DNA of 64,000 nucleotides from Candidatus Omnitrophota bacterium (lineage in GTDB: Bacteria; Omnitrophota; Gorgyraeia; Zapsychrales; Zapsychraceae). Position numbers and translations under genes: made by a program. The stretch lies in the NCBI GenBank assembly GCA_015233115.1, contig JADFYJ010000003.1:104536-168535 (forward strand), written 5' to 3'. The notes beneath the pieces are model-generated. The model was given only the letters and a program-made list of their open reading frames with translations, ran no database searches and had not been told where the DNA came from. Shown piece after piece: positions 7,310 through 17,320 of this stretch (its first letter is position 1; each line of letters opens with the position of its first letter).

Positions 7310-10207
7310 ATGCTTTGGCGTATAGAAATATCTCACAAAGAAGGCGTATTTGACGCGGCGGGGGAAGGCGTCACCAAGTCAGCTATTGATTTGGGAATTG
7401 CGTCTATCCGTAAAGTCGAAGTGACCCAGGTGTATACTCTCGATTGTTCCTTGATTCATGATCAGATCGAAACTGTTTGCCGTGAATTATTGTCAGACCC
7501 GGTTACCCAAAAATTTTCGTTTATTCCTCAAAAAGATTTTGTGCCACCCGTCCAAGGGGATGATTTTCAAGTCATAGAGATAGCGTATAATCCTGGCGTT
7601 ATGGATCCGGTGGAATATTCTGTGATCAAAGGAATTCGGGATCTTGGTCTGGGCGAGGTTAAGAGTGTTAAAACCGCGAAGCAATATCAGGTTTGCGGTC
7701 CGGCTCAGCAAGTGCCGATGTTGGTGACAAAAGTGCTGGCTAATAAATTGATACAGCATCAGGTGAATTATGCTGTTTTGCGTCAGGAACATCCTCCTAC
7801 CATGGGCAACGCGGAGCATGAAGTGATTTTAGTTGATTTGATTAAGGCCAATGACAAACAATTGATGAAATTAAGCCAAGACGGCCAATTGTTTCTTAAT
7901 ATCGACGAAATGAAAGCGATTCAGGCGTATTTTAAAAATATCGGCCGCAATCCTACGGATTGTGAGCTGGAAACTGTGGCGCAGACCTGGAGCGAACATT
8001 GTTTTCATAAAACCTTCCGTGGAAATATCGAATTTGAATATACGGACAAAGGGAAAACGAAAAAACGCATTATAAAAAATTTATTAAAATCAACGATCGT
8101 AAAAGCTACGACGGAATTAGATAAAAAATGGTGTGTGTCCGTATTTCACGACAACGCGGGCGTGATTGAATTTGATAAAGATTCGCATGTGTGTTTTAAA
8201 GTGGAAACGCATAATCATCCTTCGGCATTGGAACCGTTTGGCGGCGCTAACACGGGAATCGGCGGAGTGATCCGGGATATTTTAGGAACCGGATTAGGCG
8301 CGAAACCGATTTGTTCAACAGATGTGTTTTGTTTTGCTCCGCCGGATACGGAATGGAAAGATGTGCCGGCTGGCACCCTGCATCCGAAACGGGTGATGAA
8401 AGGTGTGGTCAGCGGAGTGCGGGATTACGGTAATAAAATGGGAATTCCGACAGTGAACGGCGCTATAGTGTTTGATCCATTGTATATCGGCAATCCGTTG
8501 GTTTATTGCGGGAATGTCGGGATCATGCCGAAAAATAAAGTATTAAAAAAGGTTTATAAGGGCGATTGCATTGTTGTCGTAGGCGGGCGAACTGGCCGCG
8601 ATGGGATTCATGGCGCCACTTTTTCATCTGGCGAATTAACCACGCAATCCGAAGTTGTATCGTCCGGAGCAGTGCAGATCGGCGATCCGATTCAGGAGAA
8701 AAAAGTTTTAGACGCGATGTTGATCGCGCGGGATCGCGGCCTTTATTCAGCTGTGACAGATTGCGGCGCAGGCGGTTTATCGAGCGCAGTCGGTGAGATG
8801 GGACAGGAACTGGGCGCGTGGGTTGATCTGGATAAAGTGCCTTTAAAATATACCGGGCTCAATTATGATGAGATTTGGATTTCCGAGTCGCAAGAACGTA
8901 TGGTTTTCAGCGTGCCGGAAAAAAATGTGGATGAGATGCTGAAAGTGTTCGCGTCGGAAAATGTGGAAGCTGTGGTGATCGGATATTTTACCGGCAAAAA
9001 AAAGCTGGAATTATTTTACAAGGAAACACAAGTTTGTGAATTGGACATGGCTTTTTTACATGACGGAAATCCGCGTATTACCAAGAAGGCACAATGGACC
9101 GCGCCGAAATTAAAAATTAAAAAAAGGCCGGCTAAAATTGATTTAAATGAAAAATTGCTGGAAGTCATGGGGCATTATAATATTTGTTCCAAAGAATGGG
9201 TGATCCGGCAGTATGACCATGAAGTGCAGGGCGGCAGTATTATCAAGCCGTTGGTCGGGCCGCAGTGTGACGGGCCGTCGGACGCGAGTGTGATTACGCC
9301 GAAACTGGGGTCGAAAAAAGGGCTTGCGATTTCTAACGGGATTAATCCGCGTTACAGCATGGTTGATCCATACTGGATGGCGGGCGCGTGCATTGATGAA
9401 GCAGTCCGGCAGATTGTCTGCGTGGGCGGGGCGGTTGACCGCATCGCGATTTTGGATAATTTTTGCTGGGGCAATCCGGATAAGCCGGATCGGTTAGGCT
9501 CTTTGGTCCGCGCCGCTGAAGGGTGTTATAAATTCGCGGTAGCTTATGGTGTGCCGTTTATTTCCGGTAAAGATAGTTTGTACAACGAATACGCGCAAAA
9601 TAAAAAGACTATCGCGATCCCCGGGACGCTTTTGATTTCCGCCATCGGTATTGTTGAGGATGTGACCAAAACTGTGACCATGAATTTTAAAAAACCCGGC
9701 AGTTTGATTTATGCTGTGGGCCTCACTCAGGATGAATTGGGCGGTTCAGTTTATTTGGACACGTTGGGAGACCTTGGTGTTGATGTGCCAAAGGTTAATC
9801 CAAAGCAAGCCATGAAAACATTTAAAGCTTTAAACCAGGCCGTATCAAAAGGGTTAGTGAATGCCATGCATGATTGTTCAGACGGCGGTTTGGCGGTTAC
9901 GCTCGCGGAAATGGCGTTTGGTGGAAAATTAGGGGTGACCGCGCGCTTGGATTACGTGCCGTATCGCGGTACAGACAAACGGGATGACACCATTTTGTTT
10001 TCCGAGACAGCATCAAGATTTGTGGCAGAAGTATTGCCTGAAAATAAAAAGGCATTTGAAGCAGCGTTAAAAGGGGTGCCATGCAAAGTGATTGGCAAGG
10101 TCGAGAGCACTCCGGAATTTGTGATTTATGGGCTTAAACATAATGTGGTGGTTAACCTTTTTATCCAAGACCTTTGTGAGGCTTGGAAACAACCCTTAAG
10201 GTGGTAA
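7310..10207 (+). CDS. purL: Phosphoribosylformylglycinamidine synthase PurL with fused N-terminal PurS-like domains
   Basis: QTWSEHC, KVETHNHPS, GRDGIHGATFSS, DCGAGG, QYDHEV, SGKDSLYN; N-terminal GVFDAAG and PGVMDP PurS-like segments. Confidence 0.95.
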   Translation: MLWRIEISHKEGVFDAAGEGVTKSAIDLGIASIRKVEVTQVYTLDCSLIHDQIETVCRELLSDPVTQKFSFIPQKDFVPPVQGDDFQVIEIAYNPGVMDPVEYSVIKGIRDLGLGEVKSVKTAKQYQVCGPAQQVPMLVTKVLANKLIQHQVNYAVLRQEHPPTMGNAEHEVILVDLIKANDKQLMKLSQDGQLFLNIDEMKAIQAYFKNIGRNPTDCELETVAQTWSEHCFHKTFRGNIEFEYTDKGKTKKRIIKNLLKSTIVKATTELDKKWCVSVFHDNAGVIEFDKDSHVCFKVETHNHPSALEPFGGANTGIGGVIRDILGTGLGAKPICSTDVFCFAPPDTEWKDVPAGTLHPKRVMKGVVSGVRDYGNKMGIPTVNGAIVFDPLYIGNPLVYCGNVGIMPKNKVLKKVYKGDCIVVVGGRTGRDGIHGATFSSGELTTQSEVVSSGAVQIGDPIQEKKVLDAMLIARDRGLYSAVTDCGAGGLSSAVGEMGQELGAWVDLDKVPLKYTGLNYDEIWISESQERMVFSVPEKNVDEMLKVFASENVEAVVIGYFTGKKKLELFYKETQVCELDMAFLHDGNPRITKKAQWTAPKLKIKKRPAKIDLNEKLLEVMGHYNICSKEWVIRQYDHEVQGGSIIKPLVGPQCDGPSDASVITPKLGSKKGLAISNGINPRYSMVDPYWMAGACIDEAVRQIVCVGGAVDRIAILDNFCWGNPDKPDRLGSLVRAAEGCYKFAVAYGVPFISGKDSLYNEYAQNKKTIAIPGTLLISAIGIVEDVTKTVTMNFKKPGSLIYAVGLTQDELGGSVYLDTLGDLGVDVPKVNPKQAMKTFKALNQAVSKGLVNAMHDCSDGGLAVTLAEMAFGGKLGVTARLDYVPYRGTDKRDDTILFSETASRFVAEVLPENKKAFEAALKGVPCKVIGKVESTPEFVIYGLKHNVVVNLFIQDLCEAWKQPLRW

Positions 10208-10211
10208 AATT

Positions 10212-10916
10212 ATGGTCGAGTCTAAGTTGGCTAAGAAAGTACCTGATTTTCAGATGGAAGATCCCTGGCGTGTATTTCGTATTATGTCAGAATTTGTTTA
10301 TGGATTTGAGCATTTGTCCATGCTGGGGCCGGCTGTCACGGTATTTGGTTCGGCGAGGACAAAAAGCGAAGATAAAATGTATAAATTAGCGGAAAAGGTA
10401 TCCAAGCAATTAGCGGAAAAAGGTTATACGATAATTACCGGCGGAGGCCCGGGCATTATGGAAGCCGGAAATAAAGGCGCTTGCGAGGGCGGCGGCATTT
10501 CTGTGGGCTTAAATATTGAACTTCCGTTTGAACAAAAACCAAATCCTTATATCAACCACTTGGTCAATTTTCATTACTTCTTTTGCCGAAAAGTGATGTT
10601 TTTAAAATACGCGTGGGCCGTTATTATTTTCCCCGGCGGTTATGGGACTATGGATGAGCTGTTTGAATGTTTGACTTTGGTGCAGACGGAGCGTATTGAG
10701 ACTGTGCCGGTTATTTTTATGGGTCGGGATTTTTGGACCGGACTTATTAGCTGGATGGATGAACAACTGGTGGGGAATCAGAAGATCGAAGCCAAGGATC
10801 TGAAAGTGTTTAACGTGGTCGACACGGCTGAAGAAGCTGTTCTTATAGTCGATAAATTTTGTAAGCAAGAAGCAAAACGCAGAAAAATCAAAAAAAGCAC
10901 ATGGAAAAACATATAA
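10212..10916 (+). CDS. LOG family Rossmann-fold protein (nucleotide phosphoribohydrolase-like)
   Basis: VTVFGSAR, TGGGPGIMEAGN, FPGGYGTMDE. Confidence 0.9.
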   Translation: MVESKLAKKVPDFQMEDPWRVFRIMSEFVYGFEHLSMLGPAVTVFGSARTKSEDKMYKLAEKVSKQLAEKGYTIITGGGPGIMEAGNKGACEGGGISVGLNIELPFEQKPNPYINHLVNFHYFFCRKVMFLKYAWAVIIFPGGYGTMDELFECLTLVQTERIETVPVIFMGRDFWTGLISWMDEQLVGNQKIEAKDLKVFNVVDTAEEAVLIVDKFCKQEAKRRKIKKSTWKNI

Positions 10917-11734
10917 AAGTTTTAGTCCTGCGCACAGCAGGCACAAATTGCAACGGTGAAATGGCCAATGCTTTTGAGCATTTTGGCGCTCAAGTGGACC
11001 AGGTTCATATCAAGCGCTTGCGTCAGCATGAAATTTTGCTGAAGGATTATCATATTTTAGCTATTCCCGGCGGATTTACTTACGGCGATGATATTGAATC
11101 AGGCCGGATTTTGGCTAATGAATTGCGCTTGCATCTGGGAAAAGATTTGGCTCAATTTATTCAGGATAAAAAATTGATTATCGGCATATGCAACGGATTT
11201 CAGATTTTAGTTAAAGCGGGAATATTGCCCGGAAATTTGGATAAAGGACAATCTTCCATGGAAGAAGGATTTAAGCAGTCTTCGACTTTGACGAATAATG
11301 ATTCCGGAAAATTTGAAGATCGTTGGACTTATTTGAAGGTTGCCGGCGAAAGTGTATGGACGAAAAATTTATCGCCTGTCGTATATTTTCCGGTCGCGCA
11401 CGCGGAAGGCAAATTTATTCCCATGAGTGAGGACGTATTACAGGGATTAAAGCATAATCAGCAGATCGCGTTTACTTATTGTTCGGCTCAGGGAGGAGAG
11501 CCTGTTTATCCGGAAAACCCCAATGGATCGACTCTGCATATCGCGGGCATTACAGATGTGACTGGGAGGATCTTAGGCTTGATGCCGCATCCGGAACGCC
11601 ATTTTTATTTTGAAAACAGTCCTAATTGGAATGGACAGGCTAAAAAAAATAAATTAGGCGATGGCGCGCAGATTTTTAAAAATGGCGTGGAGTACGTGCG
11701 CAATACTTTATTAAGTAACCGAGTAACCGAGTGA
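10901..11734 (+). CDS. purQ: FGAM synthase glutaminase subunit
   Basis: GTNC, PGGFTYGD, GICNGFQ, AHAEG, GLMPHPER. Confidence 0.95.
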   Translation: MEKHIKVLVLRTAGTNCNGEMANAFEHFGAQVDQVHIKRLRQHEILLKDYHILAIPGGFTYGDDIESGRILANELRLHLGKDLAQFIQDKKLIIGICNGFQILVKAGILPGNLDKGQSSMEEGFKQSSTLTNNDSGKFEDRWTYLKVAGESVWTKNLSPVVYFPVAHAEGKFIPMSEDVLQGLKHNQQIAFTYCSAQGGEPVYPENPNGSTLHIAGITDVTGRILGLMPHPERHFYFENSPNWNGQAKKNKLGDGAQIFKNGVEYVRNTLLSNRVTE

Positions 11735-12040
11735 CAGAGAAAAAGCGTTTGGTGTAAAAAAAGCCGATGCGAGATAACAATAAAAAACGACTGCAAAAAG
11801 TAATAATCAATACTTAAGAGCAGAGACTAGTAATTTTTTCTGAAAAGTGTTTTAATGACATCCATTTTTATAATTTAGTTTATATTGTTATAAATTTATC
11901 GAATTTTTTTGTTATTGTTTTTTTTCGTCTATTTGTTTTAACTTTTTATTTTTAAATTTTATGTTTTTAAATAGCATTTTATTTTTTTGTTTTTACTCTG
12001 TTACTTGGTTACTCGGTTACTCGGTTACTCTGTCACTTAA
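11711..12040. repeat. Family A inverted tandem-octamer element between purQ and purM
   Basis: TTAA-GTAACCGAGTAACCGAGTGACAGAG ... CTCGGTTACTCGGTTACTCTGTCAC-TTAA; purQ stop lies inside left arm. Confidence 0.9.
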
Positions 12041-12063
12041 CTGTAATGATTAAAGGAATTTCT

Positions 12064-13068
12064 ATGACTACCAGTATTACATATAAAACCAGCGGTGTAG
12101 ATATTGATAAGGCCAATCAATTTGTCGATAATATTGGGACGCATGTGAAAAGTACGTTTGTGAAAGGCGTGATGACCCGAAAGGGGTCATTCGGCGCTTT
12201 GTTTGGGCTGGATACTAAAAAATATAAAGAGCCGGTTATGGTGTCCTCGACAGATGGGGTTGGAACGAAACTACTGATTGCCAAAGCATTGAACAAGCAT
12301 GATACTGTCGGCATTGATCTCGTGGCTATGAATGTGAATGATATTTTGTGTGTCGGCGCAAAGCCCTTGTTCTTTTTGGATTATATCGCGTGCGGTAAAG
12401 TTGATGTTAAGATTTTGACGGATGTGGTTAAGGGAATTGCGGATGGCTGCCGTCAATCAGGGTGCGCTTTAATCGGTGGAGAAACCGCGGAAATGCCGGG
12501 GATGTACGCGGCGGATGATTATGATTTGGCTGGATTTACCGTGGGCGTGGTTGAGAAAGCTAAGATTGTGGATGGTTCGAAAATTAAAGCCGGAGATGTT
12601 TTATTCGGATTGCCTTCTACCGGCGCGCATTCGAACGGATATTCTATGGTGCGAAAAGTTTTGTCTTTGTCTGACATGAAAAAGATGAGGGACGCGGTTT
12701 TGGCGCCCACAAAAATATATGCCAAGGAAGTGGAAGCGGCGTGTGCGAAGTTTAATGTGAAGGGGATGGCGCATATTACCGGCGGCGCGTATTATGAAAA
12801 ATTGCCTCGAATATTGCCTAAGGGTTTGTGCGCGAAGGTGAATACGTCCAGTTGGGATGTGCCAGAGCTATTTAAAATGATTCAGAAAAAAGGCAATGTG
12901 GCCAAGAGTGAGATGTATCGCACATTTAATATGGGTATTGGGTATGTGTTTGTGATCGCTAAAAAAGACGCGGAGCAATTTGGCAAATTTTTGAAAGCGA
13001 AAAAAATTGTGTATCATATTATTGGTGAAGTTATTAAAGATAGTAAACAAAGGGTTATTTTAGAGTAA
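12064..13068 (+). CDS. purM: AIR synthetase
   Basis: YKTSGVDI, STDGVGTK, GGETAEMPG, AHITGG, RTFNMGIG; AAGGA RBS before 12064. Confidence 0.97.
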   Translation: MTTSITYKTSGVDIDKANQFVDNIGTHVKSTFVKGVMTRKGSFGALFGLDTKKYKEPVMVSSTDGVGTKLLIAKALNKHDTVGIDLVAMNVNDILCVGAKPLFFLDYIACGKVDVKILTDVVKGIADGCRQSGCALIGGETAEMPGMYAADDYDLAGFTVGVVEKAKIVDGSKIKAGDVLFGLPSTGAHSNGYSMVRKVLSLSDMKKMRDAVLAPTKIYAKEVEAACAKFNVKGMAHITGGAYYEKLPRILPKGLCAKVNTSSWDVPELFKMIQKKGNVAKSEMYRTFNMGIGYVFVIAKKDAEQFGKFLKAKKIVYHIIGEVIKDSKQRVILE

Positions 13069-13331
13069 CCAAGTAACCAAGTAACCGAGTAACCGAGTGA
13101 CAGAGAAAAAGCGGTTGGATTGAGAAATTAATAAATAAAAACTACGGGAAAAATAAAAAATTTAGAACAAGAGAAGCAGATAAAAAATGTGTGATTTTGT
13201 TGGTTTATTGGCATTAAATTTTATGCTTTATCGTTGTTAATGTGTTGTGCTGTTACGGTTTTTTTATTTTTTTAGCATTCGTTTTTTGTTTTTACTTTGT
13301 TACTCGGTTACTTGGTTACTCTGTCACTTAA
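13064..13331. repeat. Family A inverted tandem-octamer element between purM and purD
   Basis: (GTAACCAA)2(GTAACCGA)2GTGACAGAG left arm and complementary right arm ending GTCACTTAA. Confidence 0.9.
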
Positions 13332-13347
13332 TGATTAAAGGATTTAT

Positions 13348-14634
13348 ATGAAGATAATGGTAATTGGCTCTGGCGGTCGGGAGCATACGATAGTTTGGAA
13401 ATTGAAGCAAAGCCTTAAGGTGGAGCAGATTTTTTGCGCGCCGGGAAATGGCGGCATTGCGCAGTTAGCTACTTGCGTTGATATTAAGGTGGAGGATATT
13501 AACGGGCTTTTAAATTTTGCTCAGAAAGAAAAGATTGATCTAACCGTCGTGGGTCCGGAAACGCCTTTGGTGGCTGGGATTGTTGATGCGTTTGAGAAAA
13601 AGGGGTTTAAAATTTTTGGGCCTTCGAAGTCGGCGGCGCAGTTGGAGGGGAGTAAGATTTTCGCGAAGATGTTTATGGCGGAAGAGGATATTCCGACAGC
13701 TATATTTGCGACATTTGATCAGATCAAAGACGCAAAGATATATTTGAAAAAAAATAAATTTCCGGTAGTGTTAAAGGCGGATGGGTTGGCGGCAGGCAAA
13801 GGTGTAGTGATTTGTCAGAATGAGCAGGAGGCTTTTGCGGCGTTAGATCAGATCATGGGAGAAAAAATTTTCAAAGATGCCGGGTCTAAAGTTGTCATTG
13901 AGGAATTTTTGCAAGGCGAAGAAGTTTCGGTTTTAGCGATCTGTGATGGTGATCATTTCGTTATGCTGGAATCTTCCCAGGATCATAAAAGGGCATTTGA
14001 TCAGGATCAGGGCCCGAATACCGGAGGGATGGGCGCGTATTCGCCGGCACCGGTTTTGAAAGAAGGCTCGAATGAAAAAGAAGCCTATGCTATTATTGAA
14101 CAAACGATCAAGGGGATGAAAAAAAGCGGCAGGCCGTTTAAAGGTGTGTTGTACGCGGGTTTAATGATTACAGCCAAGGGCGTAAAAGTTTTGGAATATA
14201 ATGTGCGGTTTGGTGATCCGGAGACTCAGGTGATTTTGCCGCGCTTGAAAAATGATTTTGTGGATTTGATGCTGGCTTCGTGTGAAGGACATTTGGACCA
14301 AATAAAATTGGAATGGGATCCTCGTTCTGCGGTGTGTGTGGTGATGGCCGCGAAAGGATACCCCGGCGATTACGCGAAAGGTTTGAAGATTAGCGGGTTG
14401 GATCAGGCGGCCTTAGTGAATGATGCTATGGTATTTCACGCTGGGACAGTGAAAAAGGGCGATGATATTTTAACGGCAGGCGGACGGGTTTTGGGTGTGA
14501 CGGCATTGGGTGATGGCATTAAAAAAGCGATAGATAGCGCTTACGAAGCGGTGCAGATGATTCAATGGGATGGGTGTTTTTATCGTCGAGATATAGGATA
14601 TCGCGCATTGGAACGTCTGAAAAATGGTATGTAG
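13348..14634 (+). CDS. purD: Phosphoribosylamine--glycine ligase
   Basis: GSGGREH, KADGLAAGKGV, QDHKR, GPNTGGMGAY, EYNVRFGDPE. Confidence 0.97.
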   Translation: MKIMVIGSGGREHTIVWKLKQSLKVEQIFCAPGNGGIAQLATCVDIKVEDINGLLNFAQKEKIDLTVVGPETPLVAGIVDAFEKKGFKIFGPSKSAAQLEGSKIFAKMFMAEEDIPTAIFATFDQIKDAKIYLKKNKFPVVLKADGLAAGKGVVICQNEQEAFAALDQIMGEKIFKDAGSKVVIEEFLQGEEVSVLAICDGDHFVMLESSQDHKRAFDQDQGPNTGGMGAYSPAPVLKEGSNEKEAYAIIEQTIKGMKKSGRPFKGVLYAGLMITAKGVKVLEYNVRFGDPETQVILPRLKNDFVDLMLASCEGHLDQIKLEWDPRSAVCVVMAAKGYPGDYAKGLKISGLDQAALVNDAMVFHAGTVKKGDDILTAGGRVLGVTALGDGIKKAIDSAYEAVQMIQWDGCFYRRDIGYRALERLKNGM

Positions 14635-14640
14635 TATGTG
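14626..14640. repeat. Family D heptamer left arm (GGTATGTAGTATGTG) providing purD stop
   Basis: Same start as D arms at 16381 and 18563. Confidence 0.7.
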
Positions 14641-14656
14641 TGATTCATTCTGTAAG

Positions 14657-14778
14657 GCGCGCGGTAGGGCGGTTTGCATTTAAACCAAATCATTCGCTCA
14701 AACAGCAGCTCCTAAGCGGAGCTGAACTCGCTCGGTGATTCGGTTTAAACACAAACCTTGTGTATGGGGCACGCGGTT
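14657..14778. repeat. Family C hairpin element, copy 3
   Basis: Near-identical to 46939-47060. Confidence 0.9.
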
Positions 14779-14836
14779 TGGAGATGTACGCGAAGATTAA
14801 TGATTACAGGAAATATTTGAAGATAGAGGAGGGCGT

Positions 14837-15325
14837 ATGGGCGACATCAAAGTGGCTGTACTTATGGGAAGTAAGAATGACCTGACTATTATGGAGGACA
14901 CGATTAAAACTTTGAAGGAGTTTGGGGTCGGGTATGAAGCCAAAGTTCTGTCCGCGCACCGCACTCCTAAGGAAACAGTGGATTACGCGGAAAAATTAAA
15001 AAACCGCGGAGTTAAGGTGGTTATTTGCGGGGCAGGCGCTTCAGCGGCTTTGGCTGGTACAGTGGCTGCGCATACTGATCTTCCCGTATTTGGAGTGCCA
15101 ATTGACGCGACTTGTTTTCATGGCTGGGACGCGTTATTATCAACTGTTCAAATGCCGCCAGGAGTTCCGGTCGCGGCTTTAGGGGTCGGAAAAATGGGAG
15201 CTAAAAATGCGGCTTTGATGGCGTTACGAATTTTAGCTTTACAGGATGTTAAGATAGCTGATAAGTTAGGAGTATTTAAAGAAGAACAGCGTAAGAGTAT
15301 TCTGGATACTCAGATTGATCTGTGA
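14837..15325 (+). CDS. purE: N5-CAIR mutase / AIR carboxylase
   Basis: MGSKND, SAHRTP, PVFGVP, STVQMPPGVPVA. Confidence 0.95.
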   Translation: MGDIKVAVLMGSKNDLTIMEDTIKTLKEFGVGYEAKVLSAHRTPKETVDYAEKLKNRGVKVVICGAGASAALAGTVAAHTDLPVFGVPIDATCFHGWDALLSTVQMPPGVPVAALGVGKMGAKNAALMALRILALQDVKIADKLGVFKEEQRKSILDTQIDL

Positions 15326-16380
15326 AAACTAAAGTATTAAAAATCCATTCAGATTTTCCGGAAAAAGCTGCGATCGCAGAGGCGGCGCAGGCGTTACGCG
15401 CGGGAAAAGTGGTCATTTTTCCGACGGAAACTGTATACGGCGTTGGAGTGGATTGCCGCAATCCGCAAGCTGTGAGGCGGTTAAGAACGATCAAGCGCAG
15501 GGCCGATGATAAACCGTTCGCCCTCTTGCTTCCGTATGTGGAAAGCGCGGGACGGCATACAGCGGAATCAGCTGGTTTGTATAAGCTATTGTCAAAATAT
15601 TGGCCGGGACCATTGACTGTGGTTGTGCCGGATAAGCATGGTGGAACAATAGGGCTGAGGATGCCGAGGCACGCGGTCGCTTTGAGTTTAATCCGTGAAG
15701 CCGGGTGTGATATTGCGGCTCCGTCCGCTAATTTTGAAGGGCATCCTCCGCCGGTCAATTGTAGTCAAGCCTTACGGGACCTGGACGGGTTGGTAGATTT
15801 GGCGATTGATGGCGGAGAAGCAGAAGAGGGGCAAAGTTCTACTGTAGTGGATCTGACTTTATCAGCACCAAAGATTTTACGGACAGGCGGCATAACGCTA
15901 GAGGACATTCAGCTGACCATGAAAACGAAAATTATTTTGTTTGTCTGCACCGGAAACAGTTGCCGATCGGTGATGGCGGAATATTTGCTTAAGGATGCTT
16001 TGAAAAAAGCCGGCCGTAAGGATGTGGAGGTTTTATCAGCCGGGACCAGCGTTTTTTTGCGGGCACCGGCTACACAGCATACGTTAGATGTACTCAATAC
16101 GCAGGGAATCGATGCCAGCGAACATATTTCTCAGCCAGTGGATAGTTTACTTTTGAAGAAAGCGGATCTTATTTTGACTATGACGAATAGTCATCGCCAG
16201 CAAATTATTGAAAAAATTCCGGAAGTAGCGGCCAGAGTTTATTTGTTAAGGGAATTTTCAGAGCGGGTTCAGGGCGGGCCGTTGGATGTCGAAGATCCTA
16301 TGGGCGGAACTGTTCAAGACTACGCGATGTGTATGAGCATGATTAAGGACGCGGTAAATAAGATTGTGGGACTAATTTAG
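15322..16380 (+). CDS. tsaC: Threonylcarbamoyl-AMP synthase fused to a low-molecular-weight (YwlE-like) protein phosphatase
   Basis: FPTETVYG, WPGPLT, APSAN, SSTVVD then LFVCTGNSCRS and DVEDPMG. Confidence 0.9.
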   Translation: MKTKVLKIHSDFPEKAAIAEAAQALRAGKVVIFPTETVYGVGVDCRNPQAVRRLRTIKRRADDKPFALLLPYVESAGRHTAESAGLYKLLSKYWPGPLTVVVPDKHGGTIGLRMPRHAVALSLIREAGCDIAAPSANFEGHPPPVNCSQALRDLDGLVDLAIDGGEAEEGQSSTVVDLTLSAPKILRTGGITLEDIQLTMKTKIILFVCTGNSCRSVMAEYLLKDALKKAGRKDVEVLSAGTSVFLRAPATQHTLDVLNTQGIDASEHISQPVDSLLLKKADLILTMTNSHRQQIIEKIPEVAARVYLLREFSERVQGGPLDVEDPMGGTVQDYAMCMSMIKDAVNKIVGLI

Positions 16381-16568
16381 GGTATGTAGTATGTGGTATG
16401 TGGTGGAAAAAAGAGTATAAAAAAGAGAAACGCATAAAAGGAGTTATTGATGAGAAGGGAATTGGCTAAAAATTTTAAATAAGATGTAAATAAAGTATAT
16501 CTAATAACTTTTTTTGTGTTTATAAATAAATTTTGTTTACTACATACGACATACTACGAACTACATAC
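16381..16568. repeat. Family D inverted tandem-heptamer element (TATGTAG/TATGTGG)
   Basis: Left GGTATGTAGTATGTGGTATGTGG; right CTACATACGACATACTACGAACTACATAC. Confidence 0.85.
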
Positions 16569-16585
16569 TTGTCGAAAGGAATATT

Positions 16586-17038
16586 ATGAAGGTTTATATT
16601 GGCGCGGATCACCGCGGGTTTGATTATAAAGAAAAAATTAAAAAAATTCTCGAGAATTTGGGGAATGAGGTATTTGATGTTGGCACGAATGACCCGGAAT
16701 GTAGTTGTGATTATCCGCGGTTTGCGTATGAAGTCGCGTCTAAGGTGGCGAAATTCAAGAATTCCCGTGGCGTGTTGATTTGCATGTCTGGCATTGGCCA
16801 GTCTATCGCGGCGAACAAAGTTAAAGGCGCGTACGCGGCTTTGGTTTATAGTATTGAATCGGCTCGATTATCACGGATGCATAACAATGCTAATATTTTG
16901 GTGATCGGAGTAAATTCGATTAAAGCGAAAGATTTAAAAACAGTGGTCGAAGTATGGATGAACGAAAAATTTGAAGGTGGCCGCCATCTGCGCCGTTTTA
17001 ATTTGGTTAAGAAAATTGAAGCAGGAAAAATAATTTAG
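16586..17038 (+). CDS. rpiB: Ribose-5-phosphate isomerase B
   Basis: GADHRG, DYP, CMSGIG..IAANKVKG, HNNAN, FEGGRH..R. Confidence 0.93.
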   Translation: MKVYIGADHRGFDYKEKIKKILENLGNEVFDVGTNDPECSCDYPRFAYEVASKVAKFKNSRGVLICMSGIGQSIAANKVKGAYAALVYSIESARLSRMHNNANILVIGVNSIKAKDLKTVVEVWMNEKFEGGRHLRRFNLVKKIEAGKII

Positions 17039-17292
17039 TTAAGTAACAGAGTAACCGAGTAACCGAGTTAAAAGAAAAAAGTGATTGGTTTAAAAGGCGA
17101 TATACACGATTGACGGGAAAACGGTAATGGCGGCTTAAAATAATTGATTACGTAGACGATTAAAGAAAATTTTAACGATATAATACAAATTACTTTTTGT
17201 TCGTCTTTTGTCTTTTTAAAATTATATTTGTGATTTGTGTTTTATTTATTTTGTTACTCTGTCACTCGGTTACTCGGTCACTTTGTTACTTT
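17039..17292. repeat. Family A inverted tandem-octamer element between rpiB and glyA
   Basis: TTAAGTAACAGAGTAACCGAGTAACCGAG ... GTTACTCTGTCACTCGGTTACTCGGTCACTTTGTTACTT. Confidence 0.9.
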
Positions 17293-17320
17293 ATAAAGTT
17301 AATTTAAAACGGAGAATTAT

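Noticed and set aside
7159-7353. Short ORFs 7159-7353, 53721-53909 and 4558-4764 as small proteins
   Set aside because: They are read-throughs of Family C/E repeats with frames not conserved between copies
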